From NCBI RefSeq assembly GCF_009914755.1, contig NC_060931.1: DNA of 64,000 bases; one strand, written 5' to 3'. Shown here one piece after another: positions 52,596 through 64,000 of this stretch. The stretch is from the human T2T-CHM13v2.0 reference genome, Homo sapiens. The notes beneath the pieces were generated by a model. The model searched no databases and was not told the DNA's origin. It was given only the letters and a program-made list of their open reading frames with translations. How positions within the stretch are numbered: position 1 is the first letter of the stretch; every line of letters begins with the position of its first letter. Position numbers and translations under genes: made by a program.

Positions 52596-53597
52596 CTTCT
52601 GAGGAATGAGAAAGATGAATATCTGTTTGTGAAGAGTCATTCATGAGATGTTTGAGGGAACCTGACTCAGTACAAGATAACATTTTAAAAATGGTTTGTA
52701 TAACAAGATACAGCATTCACTAGTGGGTGAGGTGCCTTAAAGAACTGGGTTAAATTTTAATAGCACATGTACATTTTAGAGATTCAAGGAAAATGGTATG
52801 ATTGAATTACATATTGATAATTTACTCATGTGAAAACTCCAGAAGACCACATGCTAAAGAAAAGGCAAAACCAGCATTGTAAGGGAAAAATGTGATCTTC
52901 ATTTAAATGAAAATGAGGTTAATAACTCAATCATGTTATATTGCTTTTAAAATATGTGTGACACAAATAGGAATTAAGCATATATGAAACACAAGTATGC
53001 TATGGAGAGACACATAATTCAAATATTTAATGACAATCATTTGGTTACTTAAATTAGTTATTTGAGAATTTGGCAGAGATTCAGAGAATAGCAACAAAAA
53101 TGATCAAATATATTTTAAAAAGACCTAGTAAGAAATGGCCAAAGAAATATTATTTAATCCACAAGAAAATAGGCTAAAGACAAACTGTAATGTCTCGCCT
53201 CCTGATTTAGGAGGTATATTTTGTCCCAGACAAAATAGGAGAGTTTTTTAAATTATTATTATTCTTGACAGAATCTAAGGAATTGCTTTAATTGCTGCTG
53301 CAGCTTTTGTGAGGTCAAGGTTTAAGTGATATGTATTGGTGACTAAAATGAAATGACTGATAGGTTGTACCTGACTAATTTGTGAAAGATCAAATAACAT
53401 GGAAATGACAACACATCCTGGGAGTAGGGTGGTGGGGTGGTGGAGAAAGCTCAAAATATTTAACTACAGTATTAGAACAATCTTGTTTGCTGATTCACAT
53501 AGGTATCCTACATACACTAGTTTGCTATCTTACCAATGAAGAACTAGTACCATTCAAGTGGAAAATATAAAAAGTATCTTTAGAAATCTTGAATTTA

Positions 53598-53893
53598 GGC
53601 CTGGCACGGTGGTTCGCACCTGTAATCTCAGCACTTTGGGAGGCCAAGAAGGGTGTATTGCTTGAGCTCAGGAGTTCAAGACCAGCCTGGGCAACGTAGG
53701 GAGATCCCATCTCTACAAAAAAATTTTAAAAATTAGCCAGGTGTGGTGGTATGCACCTATAGTACCTGCTACTCAGGAGCCTGAGGTGGGAGGATCAATT
53801 GAGCCTGGAGGGTTGAAGCTGCAGTGAGCCGTGATCGTGCTACTGCACTCCACCCTGGGCGACAGAGTGAGAACCTGTCTTAAAAAAAAAAAA
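53598..53893 (+). mobile_element. AluJ
   Basis: TSD AAATCTTG(A/T)ATTTA. Confidence 0.85.
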
Positions 53894-54169
53894 ATCTTGT
53901 ATTTAATCTCTCAGGGGAAATGAGTGTTGTGCGGTATTCTTACTATTGGAAGGCACATCAACACTAAAAGAAATGTAGCTTAATTAAATCATGAATTTTA
54001 CAGATGTTATAAACAGAATCACTAGAATGTAACCCCAATAGAGGAGACCAATTAGATTTTATTTCCCTTTTCAATTCTGGTCCATTGGACATGACTGCCA
54101 GAGGCTCTTTATTGAGAAGGATACTGAAGCAGTGCTTGCACTCATTTGGAAATAATTAATGATTGATTT

Positions 54170-55790
54170 ACAGTGCCTTCTATGGAAGCCTCCAGTGACC
54201 TTCACCTTGCTATATCCAATCCTCATTTTACGTGACCTATTAGTAGCAGTTGTCTTGGTTCATCACTCCCTCCTCCTTCACTTTCTTCGCTTGGCTACTG
54301 ATTCCTTTCACATATCTAGCCACTGTTCTCAGTCTCATTTGCAGATTCTGCTCACCTTGCCTCCCTCTTAGAGTTGAAGTATTCCAAAACTCAGTCTTTG
54401 TAACACCTTTCTATCTAAACTTGCTCCTTAAACCAGCATGGTCCAATAGAAAAATAATGTGAGCCACAAATGCAAGCCACATATGTAATTTGAAACTTTG
54501 TAGTAACTTCATTTAAAAAAAAAAGAAACTGGTGAAATTAATATATATTTTATTAAACCCAATAGGTCCCAAATATAATCATTTTAATAATATAAAAATA
54601 GTGCAATATTTTGTTATTTTATTTTAATATTAAGTCTTCCAAATCCAAAGTGTTACACTTACAGCACATCTCAATTCAGACTAGCTAATAGCTGTTGTAT
54701 TGAATAGCATGGCCCTAGATTATCTCATCCAATTCCTTAACTTAAAATACCATCTACATCCTGAATACTGACTACTCTCACATTTCTATTTCTAGCTTGG
54801 ACCTGTCTCCTGAATCCAGACTAACTGATGTCTTAGGGTGACATCAGTTCTTGGATGCCTAATGTGTATGTCTAAATTACCATGTCCAAAACTGAACACT
54901 TGGTCCCCAGATTTTCTCTTCTCCATTTTGGTTACTGGCAACTTCATCACTTCAGTTGCTCAAGCCAAAAATGTTGGAGTCAACCTTGACTTTTCTTTTT
55001 GTCTCAAACCTCATATCCAATATACAACTCCTATGATACTATTGGTTCTATGTTCAAAAGATATCCAGAATCTGATTCCATATCTTTTCCTCCACTACAG
55101 TACTATGGCCCAAATTCCCATTATCTGGGATTACTGAAATAACATCCAAACTGATCCCCCTTTCTCCTCATAGCAGCCAAATGTCCGTGAACAACATAAG
55201 CCAAATCATGTCATTCATCTGCTCAAAATTCTCCAATGGCTCCTAATCTTACCCAGAGTAAAAGCTGAAGTCCTTACAATGACCTTTAGAACTCTACAGG
55301 ATCTGAAGCCGGGCATGGTGGATCACCTGTAACCCCAGCACTTTGGGAGGCTGAGGCGGGCGGATTGCTTGAGCTCAGGAGTTTCAGACCAGCCTGGGCA
55401 ACATGGTGAAACCCTGCCTCTACAAAAAATACAAAAATAAGCTGGCTATGGCAGAGTGCTCCTGTGGCCCCAGCTACTCAGGAGGCTGACGTGGGAGGAT
55501 TGCTTGAGCCCGGGAGGTTGCAGTGAGCCAAGATTGGGCCACTGCATTCAGCCTGGGTGACACAGTGAGGCTCCGTTTAAAAAAGAAAGAAAGAAAGAAA
55601 GAAAAGAACTCTACAGGATCTGGCCCCCTGTTACTTTTCTGACTTCATCTCCTACTATTTCCCTTGTTTATTCCACTCTAGCCACCCTCACCTCCTACTC
55701 TTCCTTGAGAAGGTCCATCATGGTCTCGCTTGAGGGCCTTTCTTTGGATTTGCTGTACCCTCAACTATCTCCGTGGCTCTCTACCCCCAC
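54170..55790 (+). mobile_element. L2 relic with nested MER3/33-like element (~54432-54715) and Alu (55307-55606)
   Basis: L2 motifs such as CAAGCCAAAAATGTTGGAGTC; Alu TSD AGAACTCTACAGGATCTG. Confidence 0.65.
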
Positions 55791-55803
55791 CCACCACCTG
55801 CTT

Positions 55804-56109
55804 GTTTTTTGGGACAGTGTCACCTGTTGTCTAGGTCCTTACTCTAGAGTGCAGTGGCACAATCTGGGCTCACTGCTTTGGCCTCCCGGCCTCAAGTGAT
55901 CCTCCCGCCTCAGGCTCTGGAGTAGCTAGGACTACAGGCTCCCGCCACCACACCCAGTATTTTATTTTTATTTATTTATTTATTTATTTTGTAGAGACAG
56001 GGTTTCGTCATGTTGCCCAGGCTGGTTTCGAACTCCTGAGCTTAAGCGATCCACCCCGCTCAGCCTCCCAAAGTGCTGGGATTACAGGCGTGCACCACCC
56101 CGCCCAGCC
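55804..56109 (-). mobile_element. AluJ
   Basis: Antisense dimer. Confidence 0.8.
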
Positions 56110-58160
56110 TCCTCATCTCTTTCAAGTCTTTGCTGAAATATCTTCTGAAAGAATCACCTGAGTAAGTGAATGACATGACATGAATTAATGATTGGTATGA
56201 CAAGTTATGACAGAATAGGTGCCATAAGGAAGAGTCAGAGCACTAGTGCCCAATGCTTGCTCTTCTAATAGAAGTTAACACAAATCTAACTTTCAACATT
56301 GATTGAGCACCCATTATGTAAACTAGACATGTATATGATTGGCTGCTATCAGTGAAGGAAACATTGAAATAATCTTGTTGCTTTGGAAGGTATTCTTGAA
56401 CATTCTCAGCACCTACAAACAGCTGACTTATTTAGTCACCGAGAAAGCAGTATCCTTTAACAAACAGGAATAGCTTTGGATACCCTGGGGCTTCCCCCTC
56501 CTAGGCAATCAGCATCTACACTCATAATCCCTCAATCCAGGCAGTATTTAAATCACTGCACTATTAGAACACTTAGTTCTAGTCCTTACTCTTAATTTGA
56601 TGGGTGACTAAGTAAATCACTTATTGCCTCAATTCTTTCATCCCTATGATAAAATGTCTAATTTTACCTGGTTCCTAATTCAGGTTGAGATAACAGGACA
56701 ATATGCACTTGGCTGTTAGAAGTTGGCAGAATGTATGCATTACGGAGCTTAAGAAAAAAATCTTTTTTAAAGCTAAGATTTCTAAATGAGGGCTATTTAA
56801 AACTCATCTTCAGTTTGTGGTAGACTTAAGGTCTTTATTATCTCCTTTTTTGTTTTTTAACCTCAATTTTTCACTTAACACCACTTCTACGCTTGAACTC
56901 ATTTTAGCCTATTTTTTGTTCACAACTGCTAGTTTTTCAGTCCAACCTAGCTCAAAGCAACGGAGAAACATGATAAATCTGAGTAATCAACCAGAGACAT
57001 TAAAATGTGTAGTTCACTCCAGGAATGGATGTGAGCATTGGAGGGCAGGGAGACGAACACAAAGGACTGAGGGAGCACATGTCGGGGAAACAAGGAAAGA
57101 TAGTAATGTTAAATTTATAAACACTGCTCAATTCAATCCAAAAAGCGTTTATTGAGTGCAGAGCTCTGTGCTGGTCATTTTAGTAAAGCCAAGATGAGCA
57201 AGACTTATGATGAGTCTCTGTCATCAAGGAGCTGGGAGTATGAGCTGAACTAAGACGCACACAAATTATTAAAATATGGTGCAGGGTACTTAAAGGAAGT
57301 CCAAGGAGAAATAAAGCTGACATTATTCAGGACGTTTTAATATGTCAGGGCAGTCACATATATTAACAACCCTTCCAAAAATTCCAGGTAGGCTCAGGGA
57401 GGATAGGTAACTTGTCATTAACGCTAGAAAGTTAGTGTAGTCTGGCATTGTCCCTAACCGAGGTTCTAAAGCTCAGGCTCCTTTCAGAACACTACTGTTA
57501 AAGGGAAGCCCCAAAGAGTCGGGGGAGGGGACTAAGTTTTGACTGGATGTGTCTCGGTTGCCGTGGAGGGAACAAGAGGTCAGAAAAGCCATTTGGAGGC
57601 AGCGTGTGCGATGGGACTATAAGGATGAACCGGAGATTGAGTGGGAACCAGTGGAGGGAAGAGGGAGGGACTTTTCAGGCTAAGGAAGTAATAAGAGCAA
57701 TTAGCTGCTCTCATAATTCTTGAGTCAAGCAGTTAATGTAGGTAGAAAACCTGGCGTCCGCCCCCCCACCACCCCCCACCGGAACTTTTCCGTTGGAGCT
57801 TGTAGGTGTTCGCCAATTTCACCATTAGGTGTGTTAGTTTTGTAACCTGAAGGAAAAAAAAAAACTCATGTTTTAATAGCAGTGGATTCCTCGGACGGAG
57901 GGTGGGGGTCAGGCCAGGAGCCTCTGGCACACTCCGTCTCTCCTACCCCTCAGCTCGGCCGCCACCTGTGAGCCGTTGATGTGCGGGAAGGGCGCTCTCT
58001 ACGGCGGGATCCTCGCTGGTAGGAGGCAGGTCCCAGGCCTGGCAAGGGTTGACCCCGGAGGGCTGGGCCGGGGCGGCACCCCAGGAGCACCTGCCCATGA
58101 GGCGGCTGCGCGGACAGACGTTCCAGCCCCTCCCGCCTCGCCGTGTGTTTACGTGGAGAC

Positions 58161-58172
58161 GAAGATGGCGGC
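58161..58172 (+). promoter_or_regulatory. TISU / YY1 element GAAGATGGCGGC
   Basis: Exact match to the TISU consensus SAASATGGCGGC and the YY1 core AAGATGGCGG. Confidence 0.7.
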
Positions 58173-58224
58173 GGCGGCGGCGGTGACGGCGCTTCCCGTG
58201 CGGCTGAGGACGATCCGCCAGTGA
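58165..58224 (+). other. Upstream ORF of 19 aa (MAAAAAVTALPVRLRTIRQ) in the AKAP9 5' UTR
   Basis: ATG 58165 in strong context (aagATGG); TGA at 58222-58224; translation not shown. Confidence 0.55.
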
Positions 58225-58382
58225 GCGCGGAGACTGCTTCCACTTCGGGCGGGGGAGCCCCGGACCGAATCGGCTCTCTAGGCCGTGGAGCTTGCCGTCC
58301 CACCTCCGTCCAAATCGACCTTTCCTTTCTATCCCCAACCACCCCTCAACCCCTGTTTTCCCCTGCCTTCCTTGCAGAGGCC

Positions 58383-58430
58383 ATGGAGGACGAGGAGAGA
58401 CAGAAGAAGCTGGAGGCCGGCAAAGCCAAG
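58383..58430 (+). CDS. AKAP9: AKAP9 (A-kinase anchoring protein 9) first coding exon, 16 codons, phase-0 donor
   Basis: gccATGG Kozak context; translates MEDEERQKKLEAGKAK, the AKAP9 N-terminus; donor AAG|gtagga at 58431; inside a CpG island. Confidence 0.95.
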
Positions 58431-59164
58431 GTAGGAGAGCCCGAGGCAACCGGGCCTGCGGTGGGAGGCGGTGGCTAGCACGGGGTGGGAGGGGGCCTGG
58501 GAAGCGGAGTTCGCCGCAGCCCCAGTGCACTGCCCGAGAGGGAGGTGCTGCAGGGTCTTAGGGTCTGCATCTCTCCTCGCCCTACTCCTTTCCCCTTTTT
58601 CCAGTTGGGGGACAAAGCCTTGTGCTAGCTGATAATACTTCCGCGAGGATTGAATATTGTGGCTCCTTTCTCGTGAATGTCCAAATAAAACTCCCCTTTT
58701 ACTGTATTGCTGTAAACTAGTGTTTAGTTGCTTCTAAACCTCCGATCTTTCATTTTTTAAAGGAGTTTTCTGGGTGGTGCAGGCATTGTGCTTTCCAGGG
58801 TGGGGATTTAGGGCTTTTCTTTATTGGGTTGGGGATTTGTGCGCTGATCATCAGCTTGTCTTCCTTAGGTAGCACGCTGGCACTCTTGGGTGTGTGTGAT
58901 TGGCCTGTGACAGCTGTCTCAGCAGTGGCTTGTGTGTGCCACAAGTGCCAGCTGTGAACTTGGCTTTAGGGGCGTTTTTAGAAGCGTGTCTTTGTATGTT
59001 TGTACTTGAAGGTCTTTGTCATGGCATGCGCTTTTGTGTCCTGTGGAATGTTAATGCAGTCTGTGAATGGAACTTCTGAGGACCGAAAGGTTCCATATGC
59101 CAACACCTATAGAATTCCTGCTTTAAATAATTTAGTTGTTATATATCTCTCTGGCGAATCCTGG

Positions 59165-59165
<1 letters not shown>

Positions 59166-59203
<38 letters not shown>
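59166..59203 (+). repeat. (TG)n microsatellite in AKAP9 intron 1
   Basis: About 18-19 perfect TG units. Confidence 0.9.
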
Positions 59204-59205
<2 letters not shown>

Positions 59206-60237
59206 CGGTTATGGAAAAGCCTGTAAAGCAAACAATACAATACACAATTATACACAGGCATCGTTCATTGGGCTTCATGAGAAATTTAACATATACAGAA
59301 TATAAGCTGCGTAGCATATTTCTTTTAAAAATTACATATTTGAGCATATATTTTGTCTGGGCTCAAAAGCCCCCTTCCTCCCTTCAATGAAGTCTTCTTT
59401 TATGGATTATATTATTTTTAGAGATAATTGTTAGCAGTCATACTTGGACAAAAATTGTATTACAGGTAACTGTTTTTCCTCTCTTCCTTTCTCTTCTCCT
59501 CACATAAACAAAGGAAACCAGGTTAGTGATTTATTATCAATGAAGGGCCATACCGCAGAGATGCAGTGATAGAAGCTCAACACAAGTTTGTTAAATGAAT
59601 ATATATATAAAAACTAGCTTCATATTTCTAAAATATAGTTGACTTTCCTATAAGCTCCCTCTATTTAAGATCAAGGTTTAAATGCTTGTATATAGCCAGG
59701 TAAATTTTTACTTTCGAATCTATAAATGGTGGGAAAGGGGAATCAGGGTATCTTTAGAAGTCCAAAGCCTACACTTGTGCAATCTGAGGGGCTGAGCAAG
59801 CTCTATGCATCTACGGAAGTAGTGGAGGTGAAGTGTGTGCCCCTCCAAAAGCATTGAAGATCTGATTAGATGTCTTACTTGTCTGTTACCTCACAATTTT
59901 TATTGCCTGCCCCCAGAAATGTCTTTCCTGAATATATGTGAAGCAGTCCTACAAAACATGGTTTACTTTGGACATACACATTTCATAATAGAGGATTTAT
60001 TTAAATTGCTTGCAGTTGTAGTTGATGTGGCAAAATACAATTCTAGTTTCTTTGTGTGTTTCTTTATCTTTCAGAATTCTATGTATGGGGTAAAAACCTG
60101 TTTAAGGTGAATTTTTGTTGTAAAAGATTATCTTCTTTTAGAATTTAGCCCTTTTTCCAGTAAGATATAAATCTATGAGACTTGTAAGGCAAGGTGTGTT
60201 TGCTGCAACATTAGCTATACAATATAAAAATGCTGAC

Positions 60238-60513
60238 ATTGGGAGCCTGGGGCGAGAGGATTGCTTGACACCAGGAGTTCAAGACCAACCTGGGCAACAT
60301 AGTGAGACTCTACAAAAAATTAAATAAAAAAAAAAAATAGCAGGGCATGGTGGTGTGCGCCTGTATGTAGTCCTAGCTACTCAGGAGTCTGAGGTGGGAG
60401 GATCACTTGAGCCCAGGAGTTCGAGGCTGCAGTGAGCTATCATCATGCTACTGCACTCCAGCCTGGGCAACAGAATGAGATCCTGTTTCAGAAAACAAAC
60501 AAACAAAAAAAAA
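60238..60513 (+). mobile_element. AluJ, 5'-truncated
   Basis: J-type right arm with A tail. Confidence 0.8.
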
Positions 60514-61665
60514 CCCCTGGAAATAACTTTTAAAGACAACACGAAGGGAATCATTTTCTAAGTTATATAAATATGATGGAATATTTTAAAGCCATTAAGA
60601 TTATGAAGACTGATAGGAATATGAAAAATAGTGTGAAAAGGGCATTATCAAAAATAGTATGTACATTATTTCATTTGTATAAACGTGTGCTTTCAGATTA
60701 GAACTGAAAAACTCTGGATTATAATGTTATTCAGCAAACGTATATTGAATCCCTATTTTATACCTAGAGGTGGTGACAGTGTCTGCTCTCAAGTTGCTCA
60801 CTGTTTAGTGGGAGAGACAGACTCTGGGTGATAAGTACAAAGAGGGATGAGCTGCAGTAGGATTTGGGGGATATTCTTCCACGTTTTGTTAAAGTGTTTT
60901 AAATACTACTATGTCATTTTATAGAATTACTAAGAAAGCTTTACTATTGATATTAATGCACCATAATATAATGCCTTTCAAATAGTTATTCATACATATT
61001 TGCTTAATGAATGAACAGAATGATTAATGAGTCATTAATAAGTGTTACTTTCCTAGCACGGTTGTAATTTAATAACATTAATCTAGAATTCTCTTAATGT
61101 GAAATCCATATTGCTGGCATCAGAAACAACTTTAAATGATCATTTTCCAAAGTTTATCTGAGACTTCATTCTGCAAATGTCTCATTTGTTCACTGGACTT
61201 AAGTATTGTATTTGATAATCTAGTTTTGCAAACCACAACTTACAAATCTTTTTGGGGGTAATTTATTGATAAACAGTTCCATTGAAAAATTCCCTTTCTG
61301 TATCTAAACCTTATAAATGATCACTTTTTAAACAGTTTGTCATGTATGCAGTATAATATATAGTATACTGTATAAAATGTTTTATACTACCCCAAATCTG
61401 TAATAATGGGTTAATAAATTATGATATGTAAAATAATTCTACGAAGACTTTTTGAGTGTGGAAAATGCCCACAAATAATGCCAGGTTAAAAAGAAAAAAG
61501 TTACCAGGAAAAGGTATATGTACATATTTAAATATGAAGACACCTGAAAAAAAGCACCAAGATGTAAATCGTGGCTATCTCTGGGTGGTGGCTTATAGGC
61601 AATTTTAATTTTCTTTATACTTTTAGTATTTTCCAAATTCTTGATACAATGTATCTCTTTTATGA

Positions 61666-62026
<361 letters not shown>

Positions 62027-62371
62027 TAAACACATGTTATAGTGTATGACCATTATCCAGAACAGGAAAATGAGGCACAGAATAACCAGGTTTCCTATTT
62101 TAGCGTAGGCCTGGAATTGTAATTGCTATTTCAGTGCAGAGTGTATAATATAGTTGGGATTATATTGTTAGACATTTTATAGATTTCCTTTCTGTTTTTG
62201 TTGTGCTTATTCTTTCCTTGCTGTTAGTTCGTATTGCTATGGGCATGCTCTTACTCCTCATCTGCCTCTTTTCCTAATTTGCTGTTTTAGATTTGCTACG
62301 ACTAAGGAACCCAGAACTGAGGTTGACAGAATACTATGTAAAAAGAAAAAACAACAACAACAAAGACCTTA

Positions 62372-62821
62372 GGCGGGGTGTGATGGCTCACTCCTGTAAT
62401 CCCAACACTGGGAGGCTGAGGTGGGAGGATCGCTTGAGCCCAGAGGTTCTAGATCAGCCTGGGCAATGTAGTGAGACCCCATCTCTAAAAAGAAAAAAGT
62501 ATAAAAAACAAAACAGGTGGGGCGCAGTGGCTCACACCTGTAATCCAAGCACTTTAGGAGGTTGAGGTGGGTGGATCATCTGAGGTCAGGAGTTTGAGAC
62601 CAGCCTGGCCAACATGGCAAAACCCCGTCTCTACTAAAAAATACAAAAAAATTAGCCAGGCGTGGTGGCAGGTACTAATCCCAGCTACTGGGGAGGTGGA
62701 GGCAGGAGAATCACTTGAACCCAGGAGGTGGAGGTTGCAGTGAACCGAGGTTGTGCCACTGTACTCCAGCCTGGGTGACAGAGCAAGACTCTGTCTCAAA
62801 AAACAAAACAAAACAAAAACA
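62372..62821 (+). mobile_element. FLAM-like monomer followed by AluS (62516-62821)
   Basis: Monomer with A-rich tail, then a full dimer. Confidence 0.85.
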
Positions 62822-63685
62822 GAGGCCAGTGTAGCCTGCCCAGTGGGCTTTAGGGCAGTTTAGTTTTTCTGCTGCTTGTTGGTTGTTTTGGTTTACTGTT
62901 GGGTCCTCAGCTATTTCCTCAGTATTGATGTTGCAAGAAGCATGACCCTGGGAGATGTGAGACATTACTGCATTATGTATTAAGTAAATATTTTCAGAGC
63001 TGGGCTAGCTCCCTCTGCAGTGTTTTGACGAGGATGGCACTACATAGGTTGTCCTTGTGTTGAACCAAACTATTTTAACTCCATTTTAAATGACTTCATT
63101 TTTTTCCAAGTATAATTATTCATGGCACGTAAAGGAAGTATTGTAATTTAAGTGAACAGAATTAAATAGAGGACAGTTGTATATTTAATATAAAATTATT
63201 ACTCATGTAAATTTGCATTAGGTATACTTTTTAAAGTTATTCAGTATTTTATATAATGGGCATTATTTGCTGAATAATTATAAAAAACTACTGTCTATTA
63301 TATTCAGTAATTTGTAATTACATGACTTTTGTTTAACAAACATTTTCAGTGTGAAGAGTAGTTCCAATTGTGTACAAAAAAAAGGATGGTGCTTCATGCA
63401 AGCTGTATATTGATTATTGATAGCAGGACTTTTCAGTTACTGTTTCCACTGTGATAGACAAAGCTGGTTATGGTGTAAAACTGTTCTTTGCATATTTCAG
63501 ATACTTTGTTCCACAGCTAAGAAAGTGTTTTCCCTTCCTGTTTTAAGCATTCTAGTTTTTCATACTTAGATGTGGCAGAGCTTACTTAGCATTCCGAGTA
63601 GATGCAGCAGTTTGATAGCTTCATCAACATTTATTGCAGCAATAGTGCAGTGCCTGTGACTTAAAACTAATTCATAACCTTCAGG

Positions 63686-63965
63686 CTTTTTTTTTTTTTT
63701 GAGACGAGATCTCGCTGTGTTGTCCAGGCTGGAGTGGCAGCCTGCCTTGACCTCCTGAGCTCAAGTGATCCTCCTGCCTCAACCTCCTGAGCACCTGGGA
63801 CTACAGATGTGCACCACCACACCTGGCTAATTGTTAAAATTTTTTTGTAGAGATGGGATTTCACCATGTTGCCCAGGCTGGTCTTGAACTCCTGGGCTCA
63901 AGCAATCCTCCTGCCTTAACCTCCCAAAGTGCCGAGATTATAGGGGTGACCCACTGCACCCAGCT
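63686..63965 (-). mobile_element. AluJ with small internal deletion
   Basis: Antisense dimer. Confidence 0.8.
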
Positions 63966-64000
63966 TAGGCTTTGTCGGAATGAAGCAAAACATGGTGTTT

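Larger units (their letters stand above)
57880..58560 (+). promoter_or_regulatory. AKAP9: CpG island / AKAP9 promoter and 5' UTR
   Basis: Sharp rise in GC and CpG; GC box (GGGGCGG ~58070); (GCG)n run at 58167-58183; surrounds the first coding exon. Confidence 0.9.

Noticed and set aside
57943-58530. 195-aa and 130-aa antisense ORFs over the promoter
   Set aside because: Low-complexity Arg/Pro/Gly translations typical of CpG islands, with no recognisable homology.

Overview
This is human or great-ape genomic DNA. About 58 kb of repeat-rich intergenic sequence is followed by the CpG-island promoter, first coding exon (MEDEERQKKLEAGKAK, 58383-58430) and start of intron 1 of AKAP9 on the + strand. 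In human this is 7q21.2, with MTERF1 expected further left and not visible here. Major insertions are: a full-length SVA_A-type element with a 12-bp TSD (4112-7002); a full-length L1PA2/3-type L1 on the - strand with intact ORF1, intact antisense ORF0, and an ORF2 broken by one nonsense codon; solo LTRs (MER11, two MER57, MER4, MST, MLT1); about 30 Alus; and L2/MIR/L1M/MER relics. Most notable: (i) the L1 TSD lies about 370 bp beyond its 3' end, indicating a 3' transduction; (ii) L1 ORF0 and its antisense promoter point at AKAP9, whose ATG sits 5 nt after a strong acceptor-like site; (iii) a perfect TISU/YY1 element at the AKAP9 5' end opens a 19-aa uORF whose stop overlaps a donor-like site; (iv) several + strand exon-shaped unique blocks could be remnants of a dead RGSL1/RGS22-like gene (speculative). 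Repeat names come from recalled consensus sequences, and boundaries of old repeats are approximate.
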